From contig NW_027142006.1 of the NCBI RefSeq assembly GCF_036365525.1, positions 6,696,001 through 6,760,000 on the forward strand: a stretch of 64,000 nt of DNA, given 5' to 3'. The notes beneath the pieces were generated by a model. The model searched no databases. It had not been told where the DNA came from and was given only the letters and a program-made list of their open reading frames with translations. Below are positions 1 through 12,930 of this stretch, in pieces. The stretch comes from Heterodontus francisci. Lineage: Eukaryota. How positions within the stretch are numbered: position 1 is the stretch's first letter; each line of letters begins with the position of its first letter. Position numbers and translations under genes: made by a program.

Positions 1-3000
1 TAAAGATTAGAGAGGTAAATGCGTGGCTCAAAGATTTTTGTGGGAGAAATGAGTTCCAATTCATGGGACACTGGCACCAGTACTGGAGAAAGAGAGAGCT
101 GTTCCATTGGGATGGGCTGCACCTGAACCATGCTGGGACCAGTGTCCTGGCGAATCGTACAACTAGGCTTGTAGATAAGGCTTTAAACTAAATAGTGGGG
201 TGGAGGGTTCTATTGAAGGGAAGTTTATAAAGTTGAAAAGTAACGAGAGAACAGAGGTGCAGGGTAGTGAAGGGGCATACATTAATCAGAGTGTGACCGG
301 TAGGAACAGAGAATACAAGCATAAGAGTACAGTAGAAATTAGAACTAGAATAGGTAAAAATGGGAATAAGTCAAAGCTTCAGGCTCTTTATCTGAATGCA
401 CATCGCATTTGTAACAAGATAGATGAGCTGACGGCACACAGAGAAATAAATGAATATGATTTGATAGCTATCACTGAGACGTGGTTGCAGGATGACCAGG
501 ACTGGAATCTCAATGTTCAAGGATATTCGACGTTCCGGAAGAATAGGCAGAAAGGAAAAGGAGGTGGGGTAGCTTTGTTAAAGGAAGGGATCAGTGCAGT
601 TGTGAGGAATGATATAGGTGTAATAGATGGTAATGTAGAATCAGTTTGGTTGGAAATAAGGAATAGCAAGGGGAAGAAATCACGGATGGGAATGGTCTAT
701 AGGCCCCTGAGGAGTTGTGCCTCTGTAGGACAAAATATTAATCAGGAAATAATGGAGGCGTGTAAGAAGAACACTGCAATTATCGTGGGTGATTTTAATC
801 TTCATATAGACTGGACAAATCAAATTGGCAAGGGTAGCATGGAAGACGAATTTGTAGAGTGCATCAGGGATTGTTTCTTCGAACATTGCAGAACCTAGCC
901 AGGAACAGGCTATTTTAGACTTGGTAATGTGTAATGAGGTAGGATTAATAAGATATCTCGTAGTTAAGGATCCTCTAGGGGGAAGTGATCATAACATGGT
1001 AGAATTTCAAATTCAGTTTGAGGGTGAGCAACTGGGGTCTCAAACCAGTGTCTTCAACTTGAACAAGGGCAATTACAGTGGTAGGAAGAATGAGTTGTCT
1101 AAAGCAGGCTGGGAAAATAGACTACGGGGGAAGTCAGTCGATGAGCAGTGGCAGACTTTTAAGCAGATATTTCATAACACTCAGCAAACATTTATTCCGG
1201 TCAGAAGGAAGGACTCGAGGAGAACGATGAACCACCCGAGGATAACAAAGTAAGTTAAGGAGAGTATCAAATCAAAAGCAAAGGCAGACAAAGCAGCAAA
1301 AGCTAGTGCTAGGCCAGAGGAATGGGAATTTTTTAGAAACCAGCAGTGCATGACTTAAAAAATGAATAAAGAGAGAAAATTGATTGAGAGTAAATTGGCA
1401 AGAAATATAAAAACAAACAGCAAGAGCTCGGGGGCCTATAGACCACTCCAATGCGTGATTTCTTTCCCTTGCTATTCCTTATTTTCACCCAAACTGATTC
1501 TACATCACCATCTATTACACCGATATCATTCCTCACAACTGCACTGATCCCTTCCTTTAATAATAAAGCTACCCCACCTCCTTTTCCTTTCTCCCTATTC
1601 TTCCGGAATATCGAATATCCTTGAACATAAAAAGGAAGAGAGTAGCTAAAGTACATGTGGGACCCTTAGAGGATGAGACTGGGGAATAAATAACATGGAA
1701 CAGGGGAATGGCAGATAATTTAAGCCAATATTTTGCATCGGTCTTCACGGTGGAAGACACTATAAACATCCCAACAATAATAGATGAGCAAGGTGTAAAT
1801 GGGAGGGAGGAACTTGTAACAATCTCTATCACGAGGGAAAAGGTGCTGGACAAACTGATGGAACTAAAGACAGACAAGTCGCCAAGAACTGATGGCCTCC
1901 ATCCAAGGGTTTTAAAAGAAGTGGCTGCAGAGATAGTAGGGGCATTGGTCATAATATACCAAAATTCACTGGATTCCGTAGGGTGCCAGCGGATTGGAAA
2001 ACCGCTAATGCGACGCCCTTATTCAAGAAAGGAGGGAGACAGAAGGCAGGAAACTATAGACCAGTTAGCTTAACATCTGTCATTGGGAAAATGCTAGAGT
2101 CCATTAGTGAGGAAGAAATAGCAGGACATTTAGAAAAACATAATGCAATCAAACAGAGTCAACATGGTTTTATGAAAGGGAAATCATGTTTGACAAACTT
2201 GTTAGAGCTCTTTGAGGATATAACAAGCAGAGTGGATAAAGGGGAACCAGTAGATGTAGTGTATTTGGATTTTCAGAAGGCGCCACATAAAAGGTTATTG
2301 CACAAAATAGGAGCTCAGGGTATTGGGGGTAATGTGTTAGCATGGATTGAGGATTGGCTAACACACAGAAGGCAAAGTGTCGGGATTAATTGGTCTTTTT
2401 CAGGTTGGAAAGCCGTATTTAGTGGGGTGCCACAAGGATCAGTCCTAGAGCCTCAACTATTTACTATCTATATTAATGACCTGGAGGAAGGGACAGATTG
2501 TAGAGTATCCAAATTTGCTGACGATACAAAAATAGGTGGAAAGGCATGTTGTGATGAGGACACAAAGAAACTGTAAAGGGATATGTTAAGTGAGTGGGCA
2601 AAAACTTGGCAGATGGAGTTCAATGTGGGAAAGTGTGAGGTAATCCACTTTGGCAGGAAGAATAAAAAGGCAGATTATTATTTAGATGGAGAAAAACTAC
2701 AAAATTCAAAATGCAGTTCAGAGGGATCTGGGTGTTCTTGTGCAGGAAACACAAAAAGTTAGCATGCAGGTGCAGCAAATAATTAGGAAGGCAAATGGAA
2801 TTTTGGCCTTTATTGCTCAGGGGTGAGAGTTTAAAAATAGGAAAGTCTTATTACAACTGTACAGGGTGTTGGTGAGGCCACACGTGGAGTACTGCGTACA
2901 GTTTTGGTCACTGTATTTAAGGAAGGATATCCTAGCATTGGAGGCAGTTCAGAAAAGGTTCACTAGGCTGATTCCTGGAATGCAGGGGTTGTCTTATCAA

Positions 3001-3394
3001 GAACAGAATGAGAGGTGATCTTATTGAAACAAATAAGATTCTAAGGGGGCTTGACAGGGTAGATGTTGAGAATATATTTCCACTGGTGGGGGAATCTCGA
3101 ACTAGGGGACATTGTTACAGAATAAGGGGGCACACATTTAAAACTGAGATGTGTATGAATTTTTTTCTCTGAGGGTGGTGAATTTCTGGAATTCTCTACC
3201 TCAGAGAGTTGTGGAGGCTAGGTCACGAAATGTATTTAAGGAGGTGGTAGATAGATTTTTGAAATCTCAGGGAGTGGAGGGTTAAGCGGAGCAGGCTCAA
3301 AAGAGGAGTTGAGGCATGGGAGAGATCAGCCATGATCTTATTGAATGGCGGGCCAGGCTTGAGGGGCTGAATGGCCTGCTCCTCTTCCTACTTG
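1..3394 (+). mobile_element. CR1-clade LINE, end of ORF1 plus frameshifted ORF2 (APE endonuclease + RT); duplicate of 25010-28403
   Basis: ORF fragments carry YLNA, ITETW, GGGVAL, GDFN and SDH (APE) and NYRPVSLTS, QHGF, YLDFQKA, GVPQGS and FADDTK (RT). CR1-type 3' tail near 3330-3394. Confidence 0.93.
1427..1628 (-). repeat. Inverted copy of the CR1 endonuclease segment embedded in the same element (also 26436-26637)
   Basis: Reverse complement of about 513-710. Minus-strand ORF 1333-1656 reads VQGYSIFRKNREKGKGGGVALLLKEG, like ORF 200-898. Confidence 0.9.
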
Positions 3395-4926
3395 TGCTCA
3401 GTTTGCAGTAATGGAAGACTATGTCTTCCATTTTTACCATTTATGAGTTTTGTGGAGTAGTGTGTAACATGTAGCTCAGTCTGCAATCTAACATTATTGA
3501 GATTAATTCTGTACTTTACTATCAGGTCCTGTTTGTCTTTCCCATCTGACATAGAATTTGTAGTTCAGGCTGCACTCTTGTGAGAATGACACAGTGCCTT
3601 GCAATCTGATAGTGGGTGTGATTTTGTGCGGAGATTGATGTATCTACCTGGGACAGAGTTGGGGTGAAATGGAACCAACCTCAGTCTGTCCTGCGCTGTG
3701 TGACTGTTGGATTGAATAAATGTGTCTGGAACTTGGGATCAGTGCCGGTCTGACTACGTTTGCTGTCGGTGATTGTGGAACTGATTTCTCTGCTCTCTGT
3801 GAGTGATACTGTACTTACTGTGTGTGAGGAGCTGGCTGCACTTCCTCTTGTGTCGAGGAATCACGACATTTATTCTGCTTCCATCAAGTATTTGCCTGTA
3901 GAAAGGAAATGTATTTATTATAATTCAGGAAGAGATGTGGTAGAAGATACAAAAGTGACCAAAACAATTTTTCAATTAATAATCATTATGAACAATCACA
4001 AAGGAAACCCAGCAACACAAACAGAGTCAGTGTCTGATTCCACTGCAGTCCTGCAGCCCCCAGCTACTGCATACCAGGGGCTTTGGCCATTTTACAACAA
4101 TTAAATGACATCCAGAAACAATCCACTGGGCCATGAATAGGACTGACCGACGGAGCAGGGACTTTAACACAGGTCAGATTTCCAGTTCCCGCTCCCATGG
4201 TCTAACCGTTCAAGCGAAACCAAACAGCCGCTGTTTAAAATGTGTCCTTCACACTTCTCACCTGGTGCCTATAATAGATTCTCTTTGTGTAACTCCCCAC
4301 ATCCCACTGTCCAATAACAATCTATGGGATTAGACTGGATTGCTGCCTTTGCATTGGTGTGGATACGATGGGCCAAATGGCCTAATTCTGTGCTGGAACT
4401 TTTTGATGTTTCTGTTTGGTGAATTCTTTCAGAAATCTGCACCTGCGCTCCCCTCCCCCATCTACCTGTCATGGGGCAGTGCAATGGTTAAAGAATGGAG
4501 GGTTTCATCAACTGGATGGTGACGTATATTTAATATAACAGTGACGTGCTGTCTACTACACCACAGAGCCATTCACAGACAAAGCCCAACCACCAGCTCC
4601 TTCTCACACACAGTCCGTACATTATCACACACACAGCGCAGAGACACAGACAGGTCATCAGTTCCACAGTCTCAGACAGCAGAAATCGTTCCAGAGACAC
4701 ATTTTCAATCCATCAATCAAATAGAGCAGGAGAGACAGACGTTGTTTCCATGTCACCCCAACTCAGTACCACTGACAGGTAGATACATAAATCCCAGTCC
4801 AAATTCTCTCTCACTATCAAATTATCACTGTGTCAATCCCACAATATTGCAAGCGAATAATGCAAGGCTGGATTTCATCTATTTTAACGCAAGGCGTCTT
4901 ACAAGTAAGGCAGATGAATTGAGGGC

Positions 4927-5386
4927 TAAAAACAAGAAATGCTCAAAATACTCAGCAGGTCTGGCAGCATCTGTGGAGAGAGAAGCAGAGTTACCATTTC
5001 AGGGCATTTGGGGCAGCACAGTGGTTAGCACCGCAGCCTCACAGCTCCAGCGACCCGGGTTCAATTCTGGGTGCTGCCTGTGTGGAGTTTGCAAGTTCTC
5101 CCTGTGTCTGCGTGGGTTTTCTCCGGGTGCTCCGGTTTCCTCCCACATGCCAAAGACTTGCAGGTTGATAGGTAAAATTGGCCATTAAAAATTACCCCTA
5201 GTATAGGTATGTGGTAGGGAAATATAGGGACAGGTGGGGATGTGGTAGGAATATGGAATTAGTGTAGGATTAGTATGGATGGGTGGTTGATGGTCGGCAC
5301 AGACTCGGTGGGCCAAAGGGCCTGTTTCAGTGCTGTATCTCTAAATAAAAAAATAAAAGGTCAGTGACCCTTCTTCAGAACTCCGA
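4927..5386 (-). mobile_element. Penelope-like terminal fragment with hammerhead-like core, split by a SINE
   Basis: 15-bp TSD AGATGAATTGAGGGC at 4912-4926 and 5387-5401. Minus strand reads AGTT-CTGAAGA-AGGGTCACTGACC..[SINE]..TGAAAT..AACTCTGCTTCTCTCTCCACAGATGCTG. Confidence 0.7.
5003..5358 (+). mobile_element. tRNA-derived V-SINE (HE1-like)
   Basis: A/B-box head (CAGTGGTTAGCAC...GGTTCAATTC), V-domain TGTGTGGAGTTTGCA..TTCTCCC..GTCTGCGTGGG, CR1-like tail GGGCC.AAGGGCCTGTTTCAGTGCTGTA. Confidence 0.9.
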
Positions 5387-8300
5387 AGATGAATTGAGGG
5401 CGTTGATTAACACATGGCAATATGATATTGCTATCACGGAAACATGGTTGAGGGAAGGGCAGGACTGACAGCTCAATATTCCAGGGTATAGAATCTTCAG
5501 GTGTGACAAGGACTGGAATGGGGGCAAGGGGGAGGGGGAGGGGGTGGGGTGAATGTCAAAGAGGAGGTGGCATTGCACTATTGACCAAGGAATCATTTAC
5601 TACAGTAAGGAAGGATGATATATTAAAAGGTTCTTTAAATGAGGCCATATGGTTAGAACTTAAAAACAAAAATGGGGCAAGCACTTGTCTGGGAGTGTAC
5701 TACAGGCCTCCAAACAGTCAGGGAGAGATAGAGGAGCAGATATGTAGGTAAATCTAAAAGGGGTGTAAAAATAATAGGGTAATAAGAGGGAATTTCAACT
5801 TCCCCAATATTAACTGGGATAGTCGTAGTGCAAAAGGTTAAAGGGGGTGGAATTCTGAAAGTGCATTCGGGAGAGCTTTTAGAGCAAGCACGTAGAGAGT
5901 CCTGCAAGAGAAAGTGGTACTGGACCTAATCTCGGGGAATGAAGCCGCACAAGTGGTAGAAGTGTCAGTGGGGGAGCATTTCATGGATAGTGACCATAAC
6001 TCTAAGATTTAAGGCAGTTATGGAAAAGGACAAAAATGAACTGGAAATAAAGGTACTGTTTTGGGGGAAGGTCAATTTCAATATGATAAAACAGGATCTG
6101 GCCAAAGTGGACTGGGAGCAGCTACTTCTAGGAAAGTCTACATCAGACCAGCGGGAGTCATTTATAAAGGAGATAGTGAGAGTTCAGGGCCCACATGTTC
6201 CCGTAAAGATGAAGGGGAGGACCAACAAGTTTAGGGAACACTGAATGTCAAGGGATATCAAGGATTGAATAAGGAAAAAAAAATGCTTATGGCAGATTCA
6301 GAGGGCTGAAAACAGCAAAGGCCCTCGAGGAGTATAGAAAGTGCAGGTGGGGGTGGGTACATTAAAAAAAAAAGTAATTAAGAGAGCGAAGAGGGGGCAT
6401 GAAAAAACACTGGTGGGCAAGATAAAGGAAAATCCCAAGGCATTTTATAAGTATATTAAGGGCAAGAGGATAACCAGGGAAAGAGTAGGGCCCATTAGGG
6501 ACCAACGTGGCAATCTGTATGTGGAGCCGGAGGATGTAAGCGAGGTTTTGGTTGGTTACTTTTCTTCTGTGTTCACTATGGAGAAGGACGATGTTGGTGT
6601 AGAGATCAGGGAGGGGGATTGTGATATACGTGAACAAATTAGCATTGAACGGGAGGAGGTGTTAGCGGTTTTAGCGGGCTCAAAAGTGGATAAATCATCA
6701 GGCCCAAATGAGATGTATTCCAGGCTGCTATGTGTGGCAAGGGAGGAGATTGCAGGGTCTCTGACACAAATTTTCAAATCCTCTCTGGCCACAGGAGAGG
6801 TGCCAGAGGACTGGAGGACGGTGAATGTGGTACCATTATTCAAGAAGGGGAGCAGGGATAAACCAGGTAATTACAGGCCAGTGAGTCTAACATCAGTGGT
6901 AAGAAAACTATTGGGAAAAAATTCTGAGGGACAGGATTAATCTCCACTTGGAGAGGCAGGGATCAATCAGGGATAGTCAGTATGGCTTTGTCAGGGGGAG
7001 ATCGTGTCTAACAAATTTGATTGAATTTTGTGAGGTGGTGATTAGGCATGTAGATGAGGTTAAAGCAGTTGATGTAGTCTACATGGACTTCAGTAAGGCT
7101 TTTGATAAGGTCCCACATGGGAGATTGGTCAAGAAGGTAAGAGTCCATGGGATCCAGAGCAATTTGGCAAATTGGATCCAAAATTGGCTTATTGGCAGGA
7201 GGCAGAGGGTGATGGTCGAGGGTTGTTTTTGCGATTGAAAGCCTGTGACCAGTGGTGTACGCAGGGATTGGTGCAGGGACCCTTGCTGTTTGCAGTGTAC
7301 ATTAATGATTTAGATGTGAATATAGGTGATATGATTAGTAAGTTCGCAGATGACATGAAAATTGGTGGGTGTCGTAAATAGTGAGGAGGAAAGCCTTGGA
7401 TTATGGACGATATAGATGGGTTGGTAAGGTGGGCAGAGCAGTGGCAGATAAAATTTAATTCTGAGAAGTGTGAGGTGATGCATTTTGGGAGGACTAACAA
7501 GGCAAGAGAACATACAATAGATGAAAGGACCACAGGAAGTACAGAGGGACATTGGTATACTTGTCCATTGAACACCGAAGGCAGCAGCACAGGTGGAAAA
7601 GGTGGTTAGGAAGACATATGGGATAGTTGCCTTTATTAGCCGAGGCATAGAATATAAGAGCAGGGAGGTTATGATGGAGTTGTATAAAATGCTCGTTCGG
7701 CCACAGCTGGAGTACTGTGTACAGTTCTGGTCGCCACACTATGGGAAGGATGTGATTGCACTGGAGAGGTTGCAGAGGAGATTCACCAGGATGTTGCCTG
7801 AGCTGGAACATTTCAGCTGTGAAGAGAGACTGGATAGGCCATGGTTGTTTTCCTTAGAACAGAGAAGGCCGAGGGGGGACCTGATTGAGGTATAAAAAAT
7901 TATGAGTGGCATGGATACGGTAGATAGGAAGAAACTTTTTTTCCCTTAGCAGAGGTGTCAATAACCAGGGGGCATGGATTTAAGGTAAGGGGCAAGAGGT
8001 TGAGCGGGGAATTGAGGAAAAACCTTTTCTCCCAGAGAGGGGTTGGAATCTGGAACACACTGCTTGAAGGGGCGGTAGAGGCAGGAACCCTCACAACATT
8101 TAAGAATAATTTAGATAAGCACTTGAAATGCCATAGCATACAAGTCTACAGGCCAAGTGCTAGAAAATAGGATTAGAAAAGATAGGTGCTTGATGGCTGA
8201 CATGGACACGATGGGCTGAAGGGCCTGTTTCTATGCTGTATAACTCTGACTCTATGACTAACCTCAGCTACAATTTAAATACATATAGAACTGGCACGTG

Positions 8301-8421
8301 GTTCCAGTTTCAAAGTTACAGAATTAACCTCAATAATGTACTCTGAGATTCAGGTTAAATACCAGCTAAATATTTACACGTTATGAGTTTAGAAGTTGCA
8401 GTATTAATTCCCATAATGTAT

Positions 8422-8755
8422 TTATTTTTATTTAGAGATTCAGCATTGAAACAGGCCTATCGGCCCACCGGGTCTGTGCCGACCAACAACCACCCATTTA
8501 TATTAATCCTACATTAATCCCATACTCCCTACCACATCCCCACCATTCTCCAACCACCGACCTACACTTAGGGAAATTTACAATGGCCAATTTACTGATC
8601 AACCTGCAAGTCTTTGGCTGTGGGAGGAAACCGGAGCACGCGGCGGAAACCCACGCGGTCACAGGGTGGACTTGCAAACTCCACACAGGCAGTACCCAGA
8701 ACTGAACCCGGGTCACTGGAGCTGTGAGGCTGCGGTGCTAACCACTGCATCACCC
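8422..8755 (-). mobile_element. tRNA-derived V-SINE (HE1-like)
   Basis: Reverse-complement similarity to the 5003-5358 SINE over head, V-domain and tail. Confidence 0.88.
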
Positions 8756-9519
8756 ACATTTGGACACTAGTCCATATCTCAACTGCATAATCAGATTGAG
8801 AGATTATGAAAAACAGTATAACCTAAGATACAAACTCAGATTCCAGTTTAAAACTTATCTGGATTGTGGAACTAAAAGATACAATATAAATTTGATTTGT
8901 CTAGTGAGCTATAAGTTTTCTACCAGTCCAAAAACCACATATAGTGTCAGATGGAAGATACTGTACAGTTCCAGATGTATAGGGTCATTTTACATGCAAG
9001 TCCAAAATTCTCACTGTCCGACTGAATGACACTGATCAAATTGCTTCGTACAGTCTGAGTTACACTTGCACACCAATCCGGTATTAGATTGTAGGATCCA
9101 TTATCTTTCACTATTGTGTTCACAGTGACAGATATTTAATAACAAGCAAAACCTCAAACGTATTGTCTGCTTAAAACCGACCACATCAGTGGCCTGTTGC
9201 TGTGCTGACATTTTATGTAGAATGAATCCAGACTTGCAAACAGTCCCAGGGACAGAAGATTATATAATGAATCCCATACTCATACAGAGTACCAGACACT
9301 GCCAGATAGAGAGTGATGCTGAAAAACATGCTCAGTGCCAGGTGCTGAAAGGCATCGGTTGATGACTGCACTCACTCACAATTCCTCAGCCTGAGTCATC
9401 TAAAGCAATTTAACACACAAATAGTAGCACTGAGAGATTGAGAAAGAGTCCAAAACTCACATGGAGCACTCGATGCTGACAGATACAAACTGAAGACTAT
9501 ACACACATGGATCTAGGAT

Positions 9520-10610
9520 GAGCTAACTCACAGGAAACAGAGAGTGGGGATAAATTGGGCATTTTCATTTTCGCAATCTAACTAATGGAGTGCCACAGTG
9601 ATCAGTGCTGGTGCCTCAACTATGTATGGTCTATATTAATAACTTACATGAAGCGATCAAGTGTATTGTTGCCAAATTTATGGATGTGACAAAGATCGAT
9701 AGGAAAGAAAGTTATGAAGAGGATAAAGTGTCTGCAAAGAGATATAGATAGGTTAAGTCAATGGGCAAAAGTTTGGCAGCTGGAGTATAATGTGGGAAAA
9801 TGTGAGGTTGTCTAATTTGGCAGGAAGAATAGAAAAAAAGAATATTACTTACATAGAGAGAGACTGCAGAATGCTGCTGTACCAAGGGATCTGGGTGCCA
9901 GGTACATGAATTACAAAAAGTTAGCATGAAGGTATAGCAAGGAATTAGGAAGGAAAATGGAATGTTGGCATTTTTAGCAAGGGGAATGGAGTATAAAAGT
10001 AGGGAAGTTTTACTATAACTGTCTAGGGCATTAGTGACAACCCAACTAAAGGACTCCATACAGTTTTGGTCTCCTTACTTAAGGAGGGATATACTTGCAT
10101 TGGAATCAACTCAAATAAGGTTCACTAGGCTGATTTCTGTGATGAAGGATTGCCTTATGAGACAATGTTGAGCAGGTTGGGCCTATACCCACTGTAGTTA
10201 GAAGATTGAGAGGTGATCTTATTGAAACCTATAAGATTCTCAGTGGGCTGGACAGGTAGATGCTGAGAGGATGTTTCTCCTTGTGGGGGAATGTAGGGGC
10301 GAGAGTTTCAAGCTAAGTGGTCTTCCATTCAAGAAGGAGATGAAGAGGAATTTCTTCTCTCAGAGGGTTGTTCATCTTTGGAATTCTGTTCCCCAGAGGA
10401 CTGTGGAGGCTGAGTCATTGAATCAAGGCTCTGTTCGACAAATTTTTGATCTACATGGGAATCAATGGTTGGGAATCAATGGTTATGGGCGCAGGCAGGA
10501 AGGTGAAATTAAGGTCACAATCAGAAGAGCCATGATCTTATCGAATGGCAGAGCAGGCTTGATGGGTCAAATGGTCTATTTCTGCTCCTATTTCGTATCT
10601 TATTATATTC
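9520..10610 (+). mobile_element. Old CR1 LINE 3' fragment
   Basis: Degenerate GVPQ.SVL and KF.D.TK remnants, NFFSQRVVHLWNS, and a CR1 3' tail. Confidence 0.8.
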
Positions 10611-10629
10611 TTACACACACGTGTACACA

Positions 10630-11350
10630 CACACACACAACCAGTGTGTGGCAGATCCAGAATTCATCTCACTTTCATACACAATACCAGTGACTGAAAG
10701 GTACAGAATCAATCCCACAGATGCATACAGTACCACCGACAAGTACAGGATGAATCCCATGCTCACACACACCACTAGGTATTAAAAGATACATGTGATT
10801 CCCACTCGCACATGACAATATGAGACGGAGTTACAGAATGATTTCCACATTCACATAGAGCACCACTGACTGCTGATCAATTCATCCCACAATCTCACAC
10901 ACTACCAGAGGTTGAGAGATACAAAATTAATCCCACACTCCGATGTAGTAGCAAAGACTGACACATACAAAATCAATCACAAACACTCCTACAGTACCAC
11001 TGGCAGATTCAGTAACTGCCAAAATTACCAGAGACTGACAAATAAATCGTGAACTCCTACATATTGTGAGATGCTGACACAGATAGCTTGAATTCCACAC
11101 ATACAGAACCACTGACAGATTCAGAGTCAGTCCCAAATTCACGTACCATCCCAGAGACTGACAGATACAGAATGGATGTCATACTCAAACACAGTACCAG
11201 AGTCTGACAGATAGATAAGGAATCCATACAGCACCAGAGACCGAGAGCTACCGAATTACATAACATGTGCAAACACAGTACCACAGACTAAAAGCAGTGG
11301 AATTAATTGCACATTCACATGCAATAGCAGAGACACAACGACAGAGAATC
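10630..11350. repeat. Degenerate minisatellite, about 46-bp unit (ACAGATACAGAATGAATCCCACACTCACACACAGTACCAGAGACTG-like); also 35640-36360 and, inverted, 45100-45270, 47495-48450, 50070-51000
   Basis: Recurrent CAGTACCA.AGACTGACAGATACAGAAT motifs. Confidence 0.7.
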
Positions 11351-11479
11351 ATCAATAAGTGTCCTCCCACCAACAGCCAGGACATTTCCAGGGAGCTGTA
11401 CACAGGGAGCGGCTCTTTCAATATCAACTGGGGCCGGAGGATCTTCGTGAAATATCCTTCCTGATTGCAGGAAGGGTGT

Positions 11480-11645
11480 TTGTGATTGGTTGCAAATGTT
11501 TATTCTGATTGGATGAGGAAAAACACCAATTAGAGAATTACAGTTAAAAAACCTTTATGACATCACTCCCAATCACCCAATCACAATCTTTACTTTCCCC
11601 CCATCCCTCATTAGCATAGAGCTGTGGGATTGTCTATTTAATCCG
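11480..11645 (+). promoter_or_regulatory. Histone H2B promoter
   Basis: Several CCAAT/ATTGG boxes, octamer-like ATTAGCAT at 11610-11617 and TATTTAA at 11635-11641, upstream of the H2B ATG. Confidence 0.8.
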
Positions 11646-11694
11646 CACTCGGAAGGGGTTTGGTTTATTTCTGTGTCTGAAATTGAATCTGAAG

Positions 11695-12069
11695 ATGCCT
11701 GAAAAGAAGAAAGCAGCTCCGAAGAAGGGCGCCAAGAAAGCCTTAAATAAACCGTCAGCAAAGGGCGGCAAGAAGCGGAGAAAGTCGAGGAAGGAGAGTT
11801 ACTCCATCTACATCTACAAAGTGATGAAGCAGGTTCACCCCGACACCGGCATCTCCTCCAAGGCCATGAGCATCATGAACTCGTTTGTGAACGATATTTT
11901 CGAGCGCATCGCGGGTGAGGCTTCCCGCCTGGCCCATTACAACAAGCGCAGCACCATCAGCTCCCGGGAGATCCAGACCGCCGTGCGCCTGCTGCTGCCC
12001 GGGGAGCTGGCCAAGCACGCCGTGTCGGAAGGGACAAAGGCGGTGACCAAGTACACCAGCTCCAAGTAA
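11695..12069 (+). CDS. H2B: Histone H2B, replication-dependent, intact (124 aa)
   Basis: [12 protein letters not shown]...[26 protein letters not shown]...[13 protein letters not shown]; intronless; followed by a stem-loop. Confidence 0.98.
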   Translation: MPEKKKAAPKKGAKKALNKPSAKGGKKRRKSRKESYSIYIYKVMKQVHPDTGISSKAMSIMNSFVNDIFERIAGEASRLAHYNKRSTISSREIQTAVRLLLPGELAKHAVSEGTKAVTKYTSSK

Positions 12070-12106
12070 AACTGCACAATGGACTGAAAAACAGATCAAA
12101 CACAAC

Positions 12107-12147
12107 GGCTCTTTTAAGAGCCACCCACAATCTCTCTGAAAAAGCTG
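12107..12147 (+). terminator. Histone 3' stem-loop and purine-rich downstream element
   Basis: GGCTCTTTTAAGAGCC at 12107-12122, then ACCCA and GAAAAAGCTG. Confidence 0.95.
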
Positions 12148-12769
12148 CATCCGAACATCTCTATTAAATTATTTTAAAACAATGTATAACATAATAACGT
12201 TCCCACTGCTGTACCTGTGTCTTCTGTCCCATAAACTGTACACGGACACATAATCCGCTCATCCGCCTTCGCTTTTTTGCTAAAAGCTGTTATTATTGCA
12301 CAGCTCCTCAATGACTGCATTAACAGCTGTTTTTAGCTGTAAAGGTCAGACCTTAGTCCCTTCACTCTATTCCTGAAATGTGAACTGATTCATCGTTTTA
12401 TTCACAGCAACTCGCCAGAACAGGAACAGAGCAGATTGAGCAGATCCGGCTTCCTCTTTTCAGAGAAGGACACTGGGCTCTGATTGAAGACTAAACTGAG
12501 TGTTTTCCTTCAGGGAAATGCTATGAACAGGGATTTATTCCCAACTGGAACAGTTTGTAAACGATTGTAGAATGAACCACAATTTACACAACATTTTTAA
12601 ACCGCGCTTGTGATTGGTGACGGAAAGAATTGAATAAAACAAAAAAAAGAGAAGGGATTTGAAATCTTTGACTAAGGATGACATTTATTTTAATCCGCTC
12701 TTTTCCGAGAATGAAATTGGCGGGCTTTGTGAAATTGACAAATTCTCTGCTTCTGGTAGTGTGGCGGGT

Positions 12770-12930
12770 AAATCCCGCCCTCTTCCGTTTGTCAGTGCCC
12801 TGATTGGTGAAGAATATAGGCAAATGAGGTGAATTAAGTACCGACCAAGGAGATGAGTTCTCAGTCTATAAGTACAGTAAATGCTGCGGAAAATAACCAT
12901 TCTTCGTCAAGGTATTTGTGAGATTGTTGA
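12770..12930 (+). promoter_or_regulatory. Orphaned histone H2A promoter/5'UTR (duplicate of 37779-37939), with no H2A body downstream
   Basis: GC box CCCGCCC, ATTGG, octamer-like GGCAAATGAG and TATAAGTA at 12867-12874. The identical copy at +25,009 precedes the Tx1-interrupted H2A. Confidence 0.72.

Larger units (their letters stand above)
4853..8259 (+). mobile_element. 5'-truncated CR1 LINE (decayed ORF2), interrupted by nested insertions
   Basis: APE and RT motifs (YFNAR, YYRPPN, NYRPVSLTS, YMDFSKAFD, FADD, LEYCVQFWSP) and an ACTCTATG-type tail. The empty site is visible in the inverted paralogue near 53255-53270 (minus strand TGCAACCTCAG). Confidence 0.92.

Noticed and set aside
4541-5188. 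215-aa ORF (and duplicate 29550-30197)
   Set aside because: Chance read-through across a local repeat, CR1, Penelope-like fragment and SINE.
11683-11694. N-terminal extensions of H2B and H3 in the ORF track (also 41502-41564 and the TTG start at 42917)
   Set aside because: The canonical proteins start at MPEK and MART. The H2B extensions use TTG, the H3 upstream ATG lies next to the TATA box before the likely start site, and 42917 is inside the Tx1 tail.
11755-12150. Antisense and alternative-frame ORFs over the histone genes and Tx1 (also 36764-37159, 39778-40254, 41160-41528, 42504-42854, 43250-43906)
   Set aside because: Shadow ORFs caused by GC-rich codon usage of the real frames.
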